Shown: positions 29,426-39,337 of the stretch, in pieces
Layout: every line of letters starts with the position of its first letter
Numbering within the stretch: position 1 is the stretch's first letter
NCBI GenBank assembly: GCA_034670305.1
Contig: JAXMNT010000008.1
Location: 96,001 to 160,000 of the forward strand
Direction of reading: 5' to 3'
Length of the DNA stretch: 64,000 bases
Origin: Deltaproteobacteria bacterium
GTDB lineage: Bacteria > Myxococcota_A > Polyangia > Polyangiales > Houyiibacteriaceae
Notes under the pieces: generated by a model
What the model saw: only the letters and a program-made list of their open reading frames with translations
What the model was told of the DNA's origin: nothing
The model's database searches: none
Position numbers and translations under genes: made by a program

Positions 29426-30293
29426 GCGACGCGAGCCCGCTGACGTTCACGCCGATCGCATCGCCGTCTTCACCGATCTCCACGCTGGGGACGGGCGGTC
29501 CGTCCACACCCGCGCGGCGCACGTTGAAGAGCGCGACGTCGGCGCCGATGCCGATGGCGGCGAGCTTGTTGATCTGGAAATCGAAGCCGAGCCCGAGATC
29601 GACCGCGACGCCGCGAATGGGGTCGTCGGCTTCCTCGCGAAAGTTGTCGAGTCCGGTGAGCCATGCGTAGCCGATGCCGACCCGCAGGTATGGCTCGATG
29701 TGCGGCGTCGGGATGCGGATGCCCACATCGAGCGTCAGCGTGCCCAGGTCGAACTCGTCGTGGTTGGCGTACTCGAACTGCACCCCAAGCGTGAAGAGGG
29801 ACACGAAGAAGCCGCCACCCGCCCCCAGCGCCCAACCGTGGCCCTCGAGCCGCTGGATCTCGGGCACGAGGTTGTCGTTTTTGATGACGCCGAGGTTGGC
29901 GTAGGTGTAGCCGGCGGAGGCCTCCAGATAGAAGACACGGGTGCGGTCCTCTTCTTCTTCGTCGACCTCCTCTTCCGGCGCGCGTCGGGGTCCCCGATCC
30001 GGCGGAGGTTGCCGGGCTCGTGGGGCCGCGGCCGGATCGGGCTCGCTCTGGGCTGCCACCTCCGCCACCCCGAGTTCGCCGGCTGGCTCGGCCTGCGCAG
30101 CGGCGGTCGGCTCGCTCTCAGCGGGCTCGGCGGGCTCCGCCGGCTCGGCGGTCCGAGGGGCTGCACCTTCCGCAGGCGGCGCTTGCACGTCCTCGACGAC
30201 GCCTTCGGAAGGCGGCTGCGCGTGCAGCGGTGCCCAGCCAGTCCATGTCAGCGCGGCGACCAGCCCCACCTGCCCCAATCGCCCATACCCCAT
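29409..30293 (-). CDS. Outer-membrane beta-barrel protein (OmpA/OmpW-like), hypothetical
   Basis: Signal peptide, Pro/Ala/Glu linker, alternating amphipathic strands, terminal LSLHF. Confidence 0.65.
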   Translation of the reverse strand: MGYGRLGQVGLVAALTWTGWAPLHAQPPSEGVVEDVQAPPAEGAAPRTAEPAEPAEPAESEPTAAAQAEPAGELGVAEVAAQSEPDPAAAPRARQPPPDRGPRRAPEEEVDEEEEDRTRVFYLEASAGYTYANLGVIKNDNLVPEIQRLEGHGWALGAGGGFFVSLFTLGVQFEYANHDEFDLGTLTLDVGIRIPTPHIEPYLRVGIGYAWLTGLDNFREEADDPIRGVAVDLGLGFDFQINKLAAIGIGADVALFNVRRAGVDGPPVPSVEIGEDGDAIGVNVSGLASLSLHF

Positions 30294-30386
30294 CGACCGA
30301 GCCTACCAGCGGCCCCACCGAATGGTCGAGCCTGGACCACGCGGTCCGATGGACGATGCGCCGCGCCTCCGGAGCCAACACGCGGC

Positions 30387-31124
30387 TCAGGGACCGCAGT
30401 CGCTGCAGTCGGTTCCGGGGTCGCACAGATCGGTGTCCGAGCCCGGCCGACCGTCGTCGCACTCGTTGTCGTGCGCGAATCCGCAGCTGTCGTTGCACAC
30501 CCCGCCCGCCGCAGGCGCCGCACTCGGCCGACACGCATCCGGCACCGGTTGTCCGAGCTGTCCGAAGCCGCGTTCGTACTGTGAGACGAGCTCCAGGCAC
30601 GAACCCTCGGGGTCGCTGCTCTCTCGGGCCACACGAAGGGGCTCCGTGCAGAACTGGGCGTCCTGGTCACTGAACGCGAGGCAGCAGGACTCCGCGAGCA
30701 CACAAGGGTCGACCGCCGGCGGTGGGATCACACCCTGGTTGCCTTGGTTGTTCTGGCCGAAGCCCTGGTTCCCTTGAAACCCCTGACCTTGGTTCCACGC
30801 CGGCCAGTTGTTCTGGTTCGGGTCGTTGGAACTCATCGCGGCCTGGGTCGCGCAGACGTTGCACATGCCGCAGGTGAGCGCGAAGAGCACTCCGATCAGA
30901 AACCCGATGCCACTGAGGACCATGCCCGCGATGCCAAGACCGCTGGTGTCGCCATCGGTGCTGGCGCGCGACGTCGCGACGCCGCCGAGGATCAGTCCGA
31001 ACAGACCGAGAATGGGTGCCCCGAAACTCAGCAAGGAACCGACGAACGGCACCATCGTGGTGAAGAGGCCGCCCATCATGAAGATGAGCGAGAGGAGTCC
31101 GAGGATGAGACTGGCGAGCGCCAC
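30387..31124 (-). CDS. DUF4190-like membrane protein with Cys-rich C-terminal modules
   Basis: ALASLILGLLS...GLGIAGMVLS TM helices, Q/N/G linker, Cys-rich tail. Confidence 0.6.
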   Translation of the reverse strand: MALASLILGLLSLIFMMGGLFTTMVPFVGSLLSFGAPILGLFGLILGGVATSRASTDGDTSGLGIAGMVLSGIGFLIGVLFALTCGMCNVCATQAAMSSNDPNQNNWPAWNQGQGFQGNQGFGQNNQGNQGVIPPPAVDPCVLAESCCLAFSDQDAQFCTEPLRVARESSDPEGSCLELVSQYERGFGQLGQPVPDACRPSAAPAAGGVCNDSCGFAHDNECDDGRPGSDTDLCDPGTDCSDCGP

Positions 31125-31165
31125 GCGGCAGTCTACGTCGACCTCGCGAGAATCACCCGCGCTCT

Positions 31166-31822
31166 CTACGCACGTTTGGTGAGCGCACGGAGCATTTTCC
31201 GCCGGAGAAGGAGCGTCAGCTGCTCGCCGAGCTCGGTGGCCACCGTCACCAGGCGCTCGACATCGGCAGGTTCCGCGCGGGCTGCGATCCCGTGCTCGAA
31301 CAGCTCGAGCTCGACTCGGGCCAGGTTCCGGACCGCTTCCATGTAGGGTTCGAGGATGGTGTACGGCAGCATCTCCGCATCGAGCCCCGCCTTGCGCGCG
31401 GAGCCGAGCAGCCGGAGCAGCGCCAAGTCGTCGCCTCGAAACCCCACCGCACCGTCGACCGTCTCAGGCGTGACGAGGCCCACGGTCTCGAAGAACTTCA
31501 GTTGCACTTCGGGCACCCCCGCCGCGAGCAGGTCGTCGCGGGTTCGGAAAGACTCGTCTCGCTGCTGTGCCAACACGCCCTGGACCGCGTCGGCGATCTC
31601 GATGCCGAAACGCTCCGCCCGTTCGAGCACGTCCTTGATGATCTTCAACGGCAGAAACCGGGTGCGCTGCAGCTCTTTGATGGCGCGGATCCGCGGCACG
31701 AGGGCGGCGTCGTAGTACGCCATGTTGCGGCTGGTGCGTTTGGGCTGCGGCAAGAGCCCTTCGAGCACGTAGTGTTTGATGGTCGCCGCAGGCACCCCGC
31801 TCCGGCGCGCCAGTTCACTCAT
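31166..31822 (-). CDS. MerR family transcriptional regulator
   Basis: MSELARRSGVPAATIKHYVLEGLLP...NMAYY...FLPLKIIK. Confidence 0.88.
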   Translation of the reverse strand: MSELARRSGVPAATIKHYVLEGLLPQPKRTSRNMAYYDAALVPRIRAIKELQRTRFLPLKIIKDVLERAERFGIEIADAVQGVLAQQRDESFRTRDDLLAAGVPEVQLKFFETVGLVTPETVDGAVGFRGDDLALLRLLGSARKAGLDAEMLPYTILEPYMEAVRNLARVELELFEHGIAARAEPADVERLVTVATELGEQLTLLLRRKMLRALTKRA

Positions 31823-31984
31823 CTTGACGCGCTCGACCGGCCTGTCGGATGAAGAACGTCCCACGCTCGTCGGTCTAGACGCACAGAGTGAGAAGTTCAA
31901 CTGTCTGCCCGCCACCACGGGTCTGCCCGCTTCGCGAAGCCTGGCGACCCCATGCACCCCCCCTATCGAGGAAGCCGGCCTTCG

Positions 31985-34312
31985 CTAGGCCCAGGTGCGG
32001 GTGCCGCGGGAGTCGAACTTGTTCACGTCGCGCGCCACGACTTGCACCTTGTGGCGGGCGGAGACGAAGCGCGGATCGCTGCGGACTGCTGCGAACGACG
32101 GACACTGATCGAGCCAGACGAGATCGCCGAGCCCATCCGCGATCAGATCATCGAGAATCGCGAACGCCCGATCGTGTTCGTCTCGGAACAGATGCAGCTC
32201 GACGAGGACCTGCAGCATCAACGACCGGAACCGCACGTTGTCGATCCCCGACACCATCGACTTGAAGATGCCGTCTGCAAGCTTCGCGTCCATGTCGCCG
32301 AGCCCGTAGTGAATCGCACCGGCGACGAAGTTGGTCGCCGGACTGTCGTCCTGTCCGATCTCCGGACGCATGGATTCCAGAATCGCAGCGTCGCGCCCCC
32401 ACAACCCCGAGCGCACTCGAAGCAGCTGGGCGGGTCGACCGTCACCGATCGGGAAAGACCGCAGCCGGTGGGCTTCGAACTCGTCGAAACGTCCGTCGAA
32501 GTAGGCGATGCGGGCGAGCGCCATGCTGGTGCTCGTGATGAGCGACGGGTCGAGTTCCATCGCCAGCCGGAGTCGTCGCTCGGCTTCTTCGACCGGACCG
32601 ACTTCGTTCTGGAGCGTCGCGAGGTAGCTCTGTGCGAGCGCGTGGGTGGGCGCGATGCGAAGCGCCCGCACGAACGAATGCGCCGCGGCGGCGAGCTGAT
32701 GCGACTGGAGCGCGAGTATGCCACTCGCGAGGTGGGTGTCCGCCTCGTCCGGCGCGTGTTCGATCGCGCGTCGAATGCTCTCCTCCGCGCGCGTGCGCCG
32801 GTCCTGTCCCGGCGATTCGATGACTCCGATGAACCACAGGCGGGTGCACGCGATCGCGTGGAGCGCGTACGCCGGCGTGAAGCCAGGGCTGAGGTGGATG
32901 CACCCCTCCAGATCGGTGAGCACGTCGCCCGCCGAAGAGTAGCCCGAGGAGAGCAACGTGCGTCGGGCGCGCAGGTAGAGTTCAACCGCCTCGGGCGAGG
33001 CGTGGGTCTGCACGGCGTTGACGCTGATCTCGAGCCGCAGCTCTTCCGCGATGCGGCGAGCGAGCCGTTCCTGCAGTTCGAACACGTCCTCGACGTCGCC
33101 GCTGTAACGTTCGCTCCAAAGCTGGGCGCCGTCGCCCTCCACGAGCCGCGACGTGATTCGGACGGCACTGCCCTGGCGCTTCACGCTGCCGGCCACCACG
33201 TGTTGCACGCCGAGCGTCTGCGAGACCGCGCGCGGATCCGCATCGTGCCCGAGCGCCCGCGAGGCGCTGTAGGCCACCACGCGCATGCCTCGGATCCGGC
33301 CGAGCACATCGGTGAGTTCTTCCGCCAGCGCGTCGCCCAAGTAGTTCGAGTCGTCGGGACCGCGGTACGCGAAGGGCAGCACCGCAATGGACCCTTGGTC
33401 GAGCCGGGTCGGGACCACGCGTTCCAAGATCGATTCGCCGTTGAGCAGGCGCGCGACGGCCTCGGCGGACTCGGGACGCTCGTCCGGCTCGCGGGCCAGC
33501 AGCGCCATGATGAGGTCCGCGAGATCGTCGGGCAACGCGAGGACTTCGCGCGGGTCCCTCGGGGTGCCGTGAACCCGCGCGAGCGCGACCGCGACGGCCG
33601 TGTCCCCGTCGAACGGCCACGCGCCCGTCAGCATCTCGAACAGCATCACCCCGAGCGCATAGAGATCCGAACGGGCGTCGACCTCCGCGCCGGTGACTTG
33701 TTCGGGCGACATGTACAGGGGCGTGCCGATGAGTTGCTGCGCTTGGGTGAGCTTGGCTTCTTGGGCTGCGCGCGCGATGCCGAAGTCGGTGAGCAGCACC
33801 CGCCCGTCGTGGGCGATCATGATGTTGCCCGGCTTCAGGTCGCGGTGGATGACGCCCGCATCGTGTGCGGCGGCGAGCCCGCGACAGACGTCCCCGCCGA
33901 TGCGCCGCGTCTCGCTCTCGGACAGTCGGCCCTTCTCCTCGAGCACCTCTTCGAGCGCGCGCCCCTCGATGATCTCCATCGTGAGGAAGGGCACCCCCTC
34001 GTGCGTGCCGAGGTCGTAGGTGCGGCCGACGTTGCGGTGGGTCACGCGACGCGAGAGTTTGACCTCGCGCAGGAAGCGGTCGATGGAGCGCTGGGTCGCG
34101 CCGGTCAGGCGCTTGAGTGCGACTTCTTCGTCGAGGTGGGTGTCGAGCACCCGGTACACGTCGCCCATCGCGCCCGCCCCCAAGAAGGCACGGACTTCGT
34201 ATCGGTCCGCGAGCCGGATGCCGGGAACCAGGGCTTGGGCCACGCCTCCGTCGGTCGGCGACGTACCGACGTCGCTGGCGATGGTGTCGTGGAAGGACTC
34301 GTCTTCATCCAC
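31985..34312 (-). CDS. Hanks-type Ser/Thr protein kinase with TolB-like and TPR regions
   Basis: GAGAMGDVY, VALK, HRDLKPGN, DFG, YMSPEQ; SIAVLPF TolB-like motif; helical repeats. Confidence 0.92.
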   Translation of the reverse strand: MDEDESFHDTIASDVGTSPTDGGVAQALVPGIRLADRYEVRAFLGAGAMGDVYRVLDTHLDEEVALKRLTGATQRSIDRFLREVKLSRRVTHRNVGRTYDLGTHEGVPFLTMEIIEGRALEEVLEEKGRLSESETRRIGGDVCRGLAAAHDAGVIHRDLKPGNIMIAHDGRVLLTDFGIARAAQEAKLTQAQQLIGTPLYMSPEQVTGAEVDARSDLYALGVMLFEMLTGAWPFDGDTAVAVALARVHGTPRDPREVLALPDDLADLIMALLAREPDERPESAEAVARLLNGESILERVVPTRLDQGSIAVLPFAYRGPDDSNYLGDALAEELTDVLGRIRGMRVVAYSASRALGHDADPRAVSQTLGVQHVVAGSVKRQGSAVRITSRLVEGDGAQLWSERYSGDVEDVFELQERLARRIAEELRLEISVNAVQTHASPEAVELYLRARRTLLSSGYSSAGDVLTDLEGCIHLSPGFTPAYALHAIACTRLWFIGVIESPGQDRRTRAEESIRRAIEHAPDEADTHLASGILALQSHQLAAAAHSFVRALRIAPTHALAQSYLATLQNEVGPVEEAERRLRLAMELDPSLITSTSMALARIAYFDGRFDEFEAHRLRSFPIGDGRPAQLLRVRSGLWGRDAAILESMRPEIGQDDSPATNFVAGAIHYGLGDMDAKLADGIFKSMVSGIDNVRFRSLMLQVLVELHLFRDEHDRAFAILDDLIADGLGDLVWLDQCPSFAAVRSDPRFVSARHKVQVVARDVNKFDSRGTRTWA

Positions 34313-34363
34313 GCGCGAAGGATGTCATGGGACTGTCCGAGTTGCGACGCCCATCGAAGCCGA

Positions 34364-36385
34364 TCAGCGGGGCGATGCGGCGATGTTGCCGCCGTCCACC
34401 GTGACCACACATCCGGTGGTGCTGGGTGCAAGCGCCAGGTTCAACATCGCCTGGGCCACATGCTCGGCGCGCACCTCGCGGGAGAGCAGGTTGCTTCGGA
34501 AGTAAGCGTCCGGCTCGAGTCCTCGAGCTTTGGCGCGTGCTTCCACGAACTCGGGCGGGAACATGCCGGTGCGCACTCGGTCGGCGTTGATGGCGTTCGC
34601 ACGAATGCCGACGTGTCCGTTGTCGAGGGCGTACTGCTTCATCAACGCGACCACCGCCGCCTTGGGCACCGCGTAGGGACCGAAGCCCGCGCCTGGGTTG
34701 AACGCCGCCTTGCTCGCGTTGAAGAGGAGGAACCCGCCGGTGCCCTGCTTGTGCATGACCCGCGTCGCAGCGGCCGCCAGTGTGTGGTGGGAGAACAGGT
34801 TGATCTCGAAGCTCTTGCGGAGCACGTCGTCGTCGACCTCGTGCATGGCACCCTGGGCGGCCGCGCCAGCGTTGCTGATCACGCCATCGATGCCGCCGAA
34901 GCGGGTCACGCAGGCGTCCACGCTGTGGCGCACTGCGGCCGCATCGCACACGTCGACGACCTGCCACGCGGCACCGAGCCGCCCAGCCACGGACGCGAGG
35001 CGTTCTTCGTCGCGGTCGGTGAGAAAGAGCGGTGCGCCGGCCGCGGCGAAAAGCGTCGCGCACGCCTCGCCGATCCCGCTCGCGGCGCCGCTGATGTAGA
35101 CGACCTGGCCCTCGAGCGCTCCGGGCTTCTTCTTGCCGAGTTTGGCTTGCTCGAGCGACCAGTACTCCATGTCGAACACATCGCTCAACGGCAGGACTTC
35201 GTAGCGTCCCACCGCCTCCGCCGCTTCGATCACCGCGACGCAGTGTTCGTGGAGGTCCGCTGCGACCGAGGCCGCCTTGGGCGTGGCGCCCGCCGCGACG
35301 ATGCCGATGCCGGGAATGAGCACGACCCGTGGATCCGAGTCGAGCATCTGGACCGTCCGCCCCTTCGCGGCGGACTGCTCGGTCACGTACCGCTCGTAGT
35401 CCGCGCGGAACGTGGCCAGGCGCTCGTCGATGTGCGCGATCATGGCCGCGTCGCTCATCGACGCGTCGAGCTCGAGCAGAAGCGGCACCCGCTTGGTTCG
35501 AATCACGTGGTCCGGGGTGGGCACGCCTCGCTGAGACACGTCTGCGAGGTCGTCCCGCTGCAGGTAGCTGTCCACCGCTTCGCTGCGGCGATGGGTCAAC
35601 ACGTAGCGACGATCCCCACCGCCGAGTCGTCCTCTGAGCAGCGGCCCGACGCGGGTCCACGCGAGCGGTGCCGGCGCTTCGACGACCACCGTCTGCCGGT
35701 GCGACGAGATGAACGCCTCCGCCTTGCTGACCGCGTCGACGTGCCGCTCGTAGCTCTGACGCGCGGTCTCGCCCCACGTGAAGAGACCGTGCTTGAGCAG
35801 CAAGAGCCCCTCGGCATCGGGATGCGCGTCGCACACTTCCGCGGCGAGTTTCGCCAGATCGAACCCGGGCATCACGTACGGCACGATCGCCAATGTCTCG
35901 CCAAAGATCTCCTTGGCGATCCGTTCCGCTTCCGGCTGATCGACGAGCGCGAGAATCGCGTCGGCGTGCGAGTGGTCGATGAACTTTGCGGGAAGGAACG
36001 CGTGCAACAGCGTCTCGACGCTCGGGTTGGGACTCGAGGCATCCAGCAGGCGCGTCCGTTGCGCGTTGACCATGTCCTCGTCGCTGAGGGAGGGACGCGC
36101 GCGCAGCGCGGAGAGTGTGTCGAGCCGCACCGCTGGCAACCCCGGCGGCTCGATGTCCCCCAGGTCCCAGCCACTGCCTTTGACGCAGAGCACGTCGACC
36201 TCGCTGCCGGTGTCGTCGACCAGCCGGGTCTTGACCGAGGTGTTGCCCCCGCCATGGAGCACCAGGGTCGGCTCTCGACCGATCAACCTCGAGGTGTAGA
36301 CCCGCAGCGCGATGTCTTCGTTGTTGTCCGCCGCGTAGCGCTCGATGGCTGCCGCGGCGTCGTCGTCCGACCACTTGCTCTTCAT
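34364..36385 (-). CDS. Bifunctional class II aldolase / short-chain dehydrogenase (RhaD/YuxG-like)
   Basis: VLHGGGNTSVK, VKGSGWDL, PSVETLLH, HSHAD, TPDHVIRTK, EYWSLEQAKL, SDR domain with YAVPK, VDGGN. Confidence 0.9.
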   Translation of the reverse strand: MKSKWSDDDAAAAIERYAADNNEDIALRVYTSRLIGREPTLVLHGGGNTSVKTRLVDDTGSEVDVLCVKGSGWDLGDIEPPGLPAVRLDTLSALRARPSLSDEDMVNAQRTRLLDASSPNPSVETLLHAFLPAKFIDHSHADAILALVDQPEAERIAKEIFGETLAIVPYVMPGFDLAKLAAEVCDAHPDAEGLLLLKHGLFTWGETARQSYERHVDAVSKAEAFISSHRQTVVVEAPAPLAWTRVGPLLRGRLGGGDRRYVLTHRRSEAVDSYLQRDDLADVSQRGVPTPDHVIRTKRVPLLLELDASMSDAAMIAHIDERLATFRADYERYVTEQSAAKGRTVQMLDSDPRVVLIPGIGIVAAGATPKAASVAADLHEHCVAVIEAAEAVGRYEVLPLSDVFDMEYWSLEQAKLGKKKPGALEGQVVYISGAASGIGEACATLFAAAGAPLFLTDRDEERLASVAGRLGAAWQVVDVCDAAAVRHSVDACVTRFGGIDGVISNAGAAAQGAMHEVDDDVLRKSFEINLFSHHTLAAAATRVMHKQGTGGFLLFNASKAAFNPGAGFGPYAVPKAAVVALMKQYALDNGHVGIRANAINADRVRTGMFPPEFVEARAKARGLEPDAYFRSNLLSREVRAEHVAQAMLNLALAPSTTGCVVTVDGGNIAASPR

Positions 36386-36432
36386 CGCGGCGGAGGATGC
36401 GTTGCGCAGCGGGCGGAGGCCAACCGAAGAGT

Positions 36433-37248
36433 TCAGCTGAGGTGCGGCCAGGACACGTCGGGGACCGGATGGCTGGGCCGCGCGAAGAGTTCGCCTTGGC
36501 CGTAGTCGCATCCCAGGTCGCGGGCGTGCAGGGCTTGTTCGCAGGTCTCGACGCCCTCGGCGATCACGATCGCGCCGTACGACTTCGCCATCTGCACGAT
36601 GGCCGCGACCGCCTCCCGCACCTTGCCGCGGCCTGCCGGCAGCTGGTGAATGGCACGCTGGTCGATCTTCAGCACGTCGGGCTCGAGGGACTGCAGCGCG
36701 AGGAGGTCGGTCGCTCCTGCGAGCACATCGTCGATCACGATTTTGACGCCGTTGGCGCGCAGGTCGCCCACCATGGCCTTCACGAGTGCCATGTCTTCGA
36801 AGACCACCCATTCGGGCAACTCCACGAACGCGTTGCCTTCGAACGTTCGAAGCGGGTCGTCCGGTCGCACGATCCATCGGCTCATGAGTTCGGTCGGGTG
36901 CACGTTGATGAACACCCGGCCTCCCGGTTGACGCCGGAACGCAAGCTGCCGAAGGGCTCGGCCGAGCCGTCCCATCGCCCCCTGCGAGACCGCGGCCGCC
37001 ACCAGATCCTCCGCCTTGGCAATGGCCCGAATGTGGCACCGCGCGAGCGCCTCGACCCCGAACACCTTGGGTTGGGTCAGGCTGACAATCGGCTGAAAGA
37101 GGACCTCGAGGTCTTTGGACTTGAGGGTCCGGACCGTTGGCGCGTTCTTGGGAGGGACCACTTCTCCGGTCGTCCAACGCAGTCGTTTCTGTGATCCCAC
37201 CGAGGCAGAGTGCCAAACGAAACGTCCGTTCGCACGCGAAACTTTCAA
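36433..37248 (-). CDS. Stand-alone EAL domain protein (putative c-di-GMP phosphodiesterase)
   Basis: FQPIV, EAL, FINVHP, IDD, LKID, AEGVET, QG; start uncertain. Confidence 0.8.
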   Translation of the reverse strand: MKVSRANGRFVWHSASVGSQKRLRWTTGEVVPPKNAPTVRTLKSKDLEVLFQPIVSLTQPKVFGVEALARCHIRAIAKAEDLVAAAVSQGAMGRLGRALRQLAFRRQPGGRVFINVHPTELMSRWIVRPDDPLRTFEGNAFVELPEWVVFEDMALVKAMVGDLRANGVKIVIDDVLAGATDLLALQSLEPDVLKIDQRAIHQLPAGRGKVREAVAAIVQMAKSYGAIVIAEGVETCEQALHARDLGCDYGQGELFARPSHPVPDVSWPHLS

Positions 37249-37393
37249 TCCGAGCGGACCGGGTGACTGGCTCCCTGCTTGACAGGACGCCCCACCGTTT
37301 CAAGGTGGACCTCCTTCCCCTGCGTGCCCGTCGCCGCGTTTCTCGCAGCCGCCGTCGCCGCTTTTCATCGCGCACAGCGCCCCGAGACCAACC

Positions 37394-39202
37394 ATGACTT
37401 CCGCGGACGGCTCCGCCGGCCCTACCTTCGACGACCTCGACCTGGATGCGCGATTGCGCGCCACCCTGACCGAACTGGCCTTCGACACCCCCACCCCCAT
37501 TCAAGCCGAAGCGATTCCGCCGATGCTCGCTGGCCGCGACGTGATCGGTCGGGCCCGCACCGGTTCGGGCAAGACCGCCGCGTTCGGCCTGCCGCTTCTC
37601 CAGCGACTGCTTCGCGAGGAACCCGGCAAAGGCCGGCCGGTGCGCGCCCTCGTGCTCGCGCCGACCCGAGAGCTCGCCTTGCAGGTGACCGGCGCGATCC
37701 GGTCCTTCGCCAAGGACACGCCCCTTCGCCTCGTCACCATCTACGGCGGCGCCAGCTACGGCCCGCAGCTTCGGGCCCTCGGCTCGGGCGTGCCCATCGT
37801 CGTGGGGACGCCGGGACGGGTCCTCGACCATCTCGAACGCGGCACGCTCGATCTCTCACAGCTCGAGATGCTGGTTCTGGACGAAGCGGACGAGATGCTT
37901 CGCATGGGCTTCGTCGAGGACGTCGAACGCGTGCTCGCCGCCTCCCCAGACAAGCGCCAGGTCGCCCTCTTCTCGGCGACCATGCCGCCCGCGATCCGCA
38001 AGATCGCGAACAAGCACCTCAACAACCCACTGGAAGTCCAGGTCGAATCCGAAGCGCTCTCCGCGAGCCACGTGCGCCAACGTTGGTTGCTCGTGCCGGA
38101 GAAGTTCAAGCGCAACGCGCTCCTTCGGGTGCTGGCCGCCGAACCCCAGCACGCCACGCTCGTGTTCGCGCGTACCCGCGCGAGCTGCGCCGAGGTGGCC
38201 GAAGGACTCGCCAAACGCGGCATCGCTGCGGACGCGCTGCATGGCGACCTCGCCCAGGGCGCCCGCGAACGGGTGCTGAACCGTCTGCGTTCCGGGCAGC
38301 TTCGCGTGGTCGTCGCCACCGATGTGGCCTCGCGCGGCATCGACGTCGAGAACCTCGATCACGTCGTGAACCTCGACCTGCCGATGGACACCGAGACCTA
38401 CGTGCACCGCATCGGCCGGACGGCACGCGCCGGCCGCGAAGGATGGGCGACCTCGTTCGTCACGCCGCGGGAGACCGGCAAGATCCGGCGCATGCAGCGC
38501 ACCCTCGGGGTCTCGATCGAGCCCTACACGGTCCCGTCGGACGCGGACATCATCGAGGCGAAAAAGCAGCGACTCGCGACCGCGGTCGTCGAAGCCCTGC
38601 AGCCGACCTCCGCGGGCGCGTTCGAGCTCGTCGACGCACTCAAGGAGCACGGCACCGAGCGCGAACTGCTCGCCGGCGCGCTTCGTCTCCTCTCGGATCA
38701 GTTCCGCCTCGACCTAGACGCCGAACCCGATCAGGAGCCGCCGGCTTGGTCGAAGGAGCGCGCACAGTCGCGCGACCGAGACCGAGGCCCGAAGCGCGAT
38801 CGGCCGGAACGTGGTGGGGACCGGCCGCGCGGACGCGACCGGATCGACACGGGAGAGTGGACCGACGTGTTCGTGCCGATCGGACGATCGCGCGGCGTGC
38901 GTCCAGGCGACCTCGTCGGCGCCATCACCGGAGACGCCGGTCTGCAGGGTTCGCAGATCGGTCGCGTCACCATTCACGATCACGTGAGCTTCGTGCAGGT
39001 CGATGCCGACGCCGCCGACGGTTTGCTCAGCCGAGGCCGCCGCATCGTGGTGCGGGGCAAGAAGGTCGAGATCTCGAAAGCCCGCCCCTCGGAGGACAGT
39101 CCGCACGGACCGCCCGGCGGCAAGGGCCCGAAGCGCAAGGGCAAAGGCAAGAGCGGCGGTCCAGGCGGACGCAAACCGCCCAAGCGCAAGCAGAGCCGCT
39201 GA
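37394..39202 (+). CDS. deaD: DEAD-box RNA helicase (DeaD/CsdA-like) with DbpA RNA-binding domain
   Basis: PTPIQ, TGSGKT, PTRELA, TPGR, DEAD, SAT, HRIGRTAR; C-terminal GRSRGVRPGDLVGAI. Confidence 0.88.
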   Translation: MTSADGSAGPTFDDLDLDARLRATLTELAFDTPTPIQAEAIPPMLAGRDVIGRARTGSGKTAAFGLPLLQRLLREEPGKGRPVRALVLAPTRELALQVTGAIRSFAKDTPLRLVTIYGGASYGPQLRALGSGVPIVVGTPGRVLDHLERGTLDLSQLEMLVLDEADEMLRMGFVEDVERVLAASPDKRQVALFSATMPPAIRKIANKHLNNPLEVQVESEALSASHVRQRWLLVPEKFKRNALLRVLAAEPQHATLVFARTRASCAEVAEGLAKRGIAADALHGDLAQGARERVLNRLRSGQLRVVVATDVASRGIDVENLDHVVNLDLPMDTETYVHRIGRTARAGREGWATSFVTPRETGKIRRMQRTLGVSIEPYTVPSDADIIEAKKQRLATAVVEALQPTSAGAFELVDALKEHGTERELLAGALRLLSDQFRLDLDAEPDQEPPAWSKERAQSRDRDRGPKRDRPERGGDRPRGRDRIDTGEWTDVFVPIGRSRGVRPGDLVGAITGDAGLQGSQIGRVTIHDHVSFVQVDADAADGLLSRGRRIVVRGKKVEISKARPSEDSPHGPPGGKGPKRKGKGKSGGPGGRKPPKRKQSR

Positions 39203-39337
39203 CCCGCATCCAACGCCGAGTCCGACGCAGCGCGGGGGTTGTCCCCGCGTCTGCCGCGGCGTCTGAGTGCACCGCGGCGCCCGACTCTGCGGCTGGGTCG
39301 ACGGGCGCGGTCGCCCCCTTCGTGGTTTAACCTTCCC

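Noticed and set aside
31830-31984. Palindrome GCTTCGCGAAGC and duplicated GTCTGCCCGC upstream of the MerR gene
   Set aside because: Too short to distinguish from chance in GC-rich DNA, and no clear promoter architecture.
31952-36505. 1517-aa plus-strand ORF and other long antisense or alternate-frame ORFs
   Set aside because: Shadow ORFs opposite well-supported genes, as expected in high-GC DNA; no recognisable motifs.
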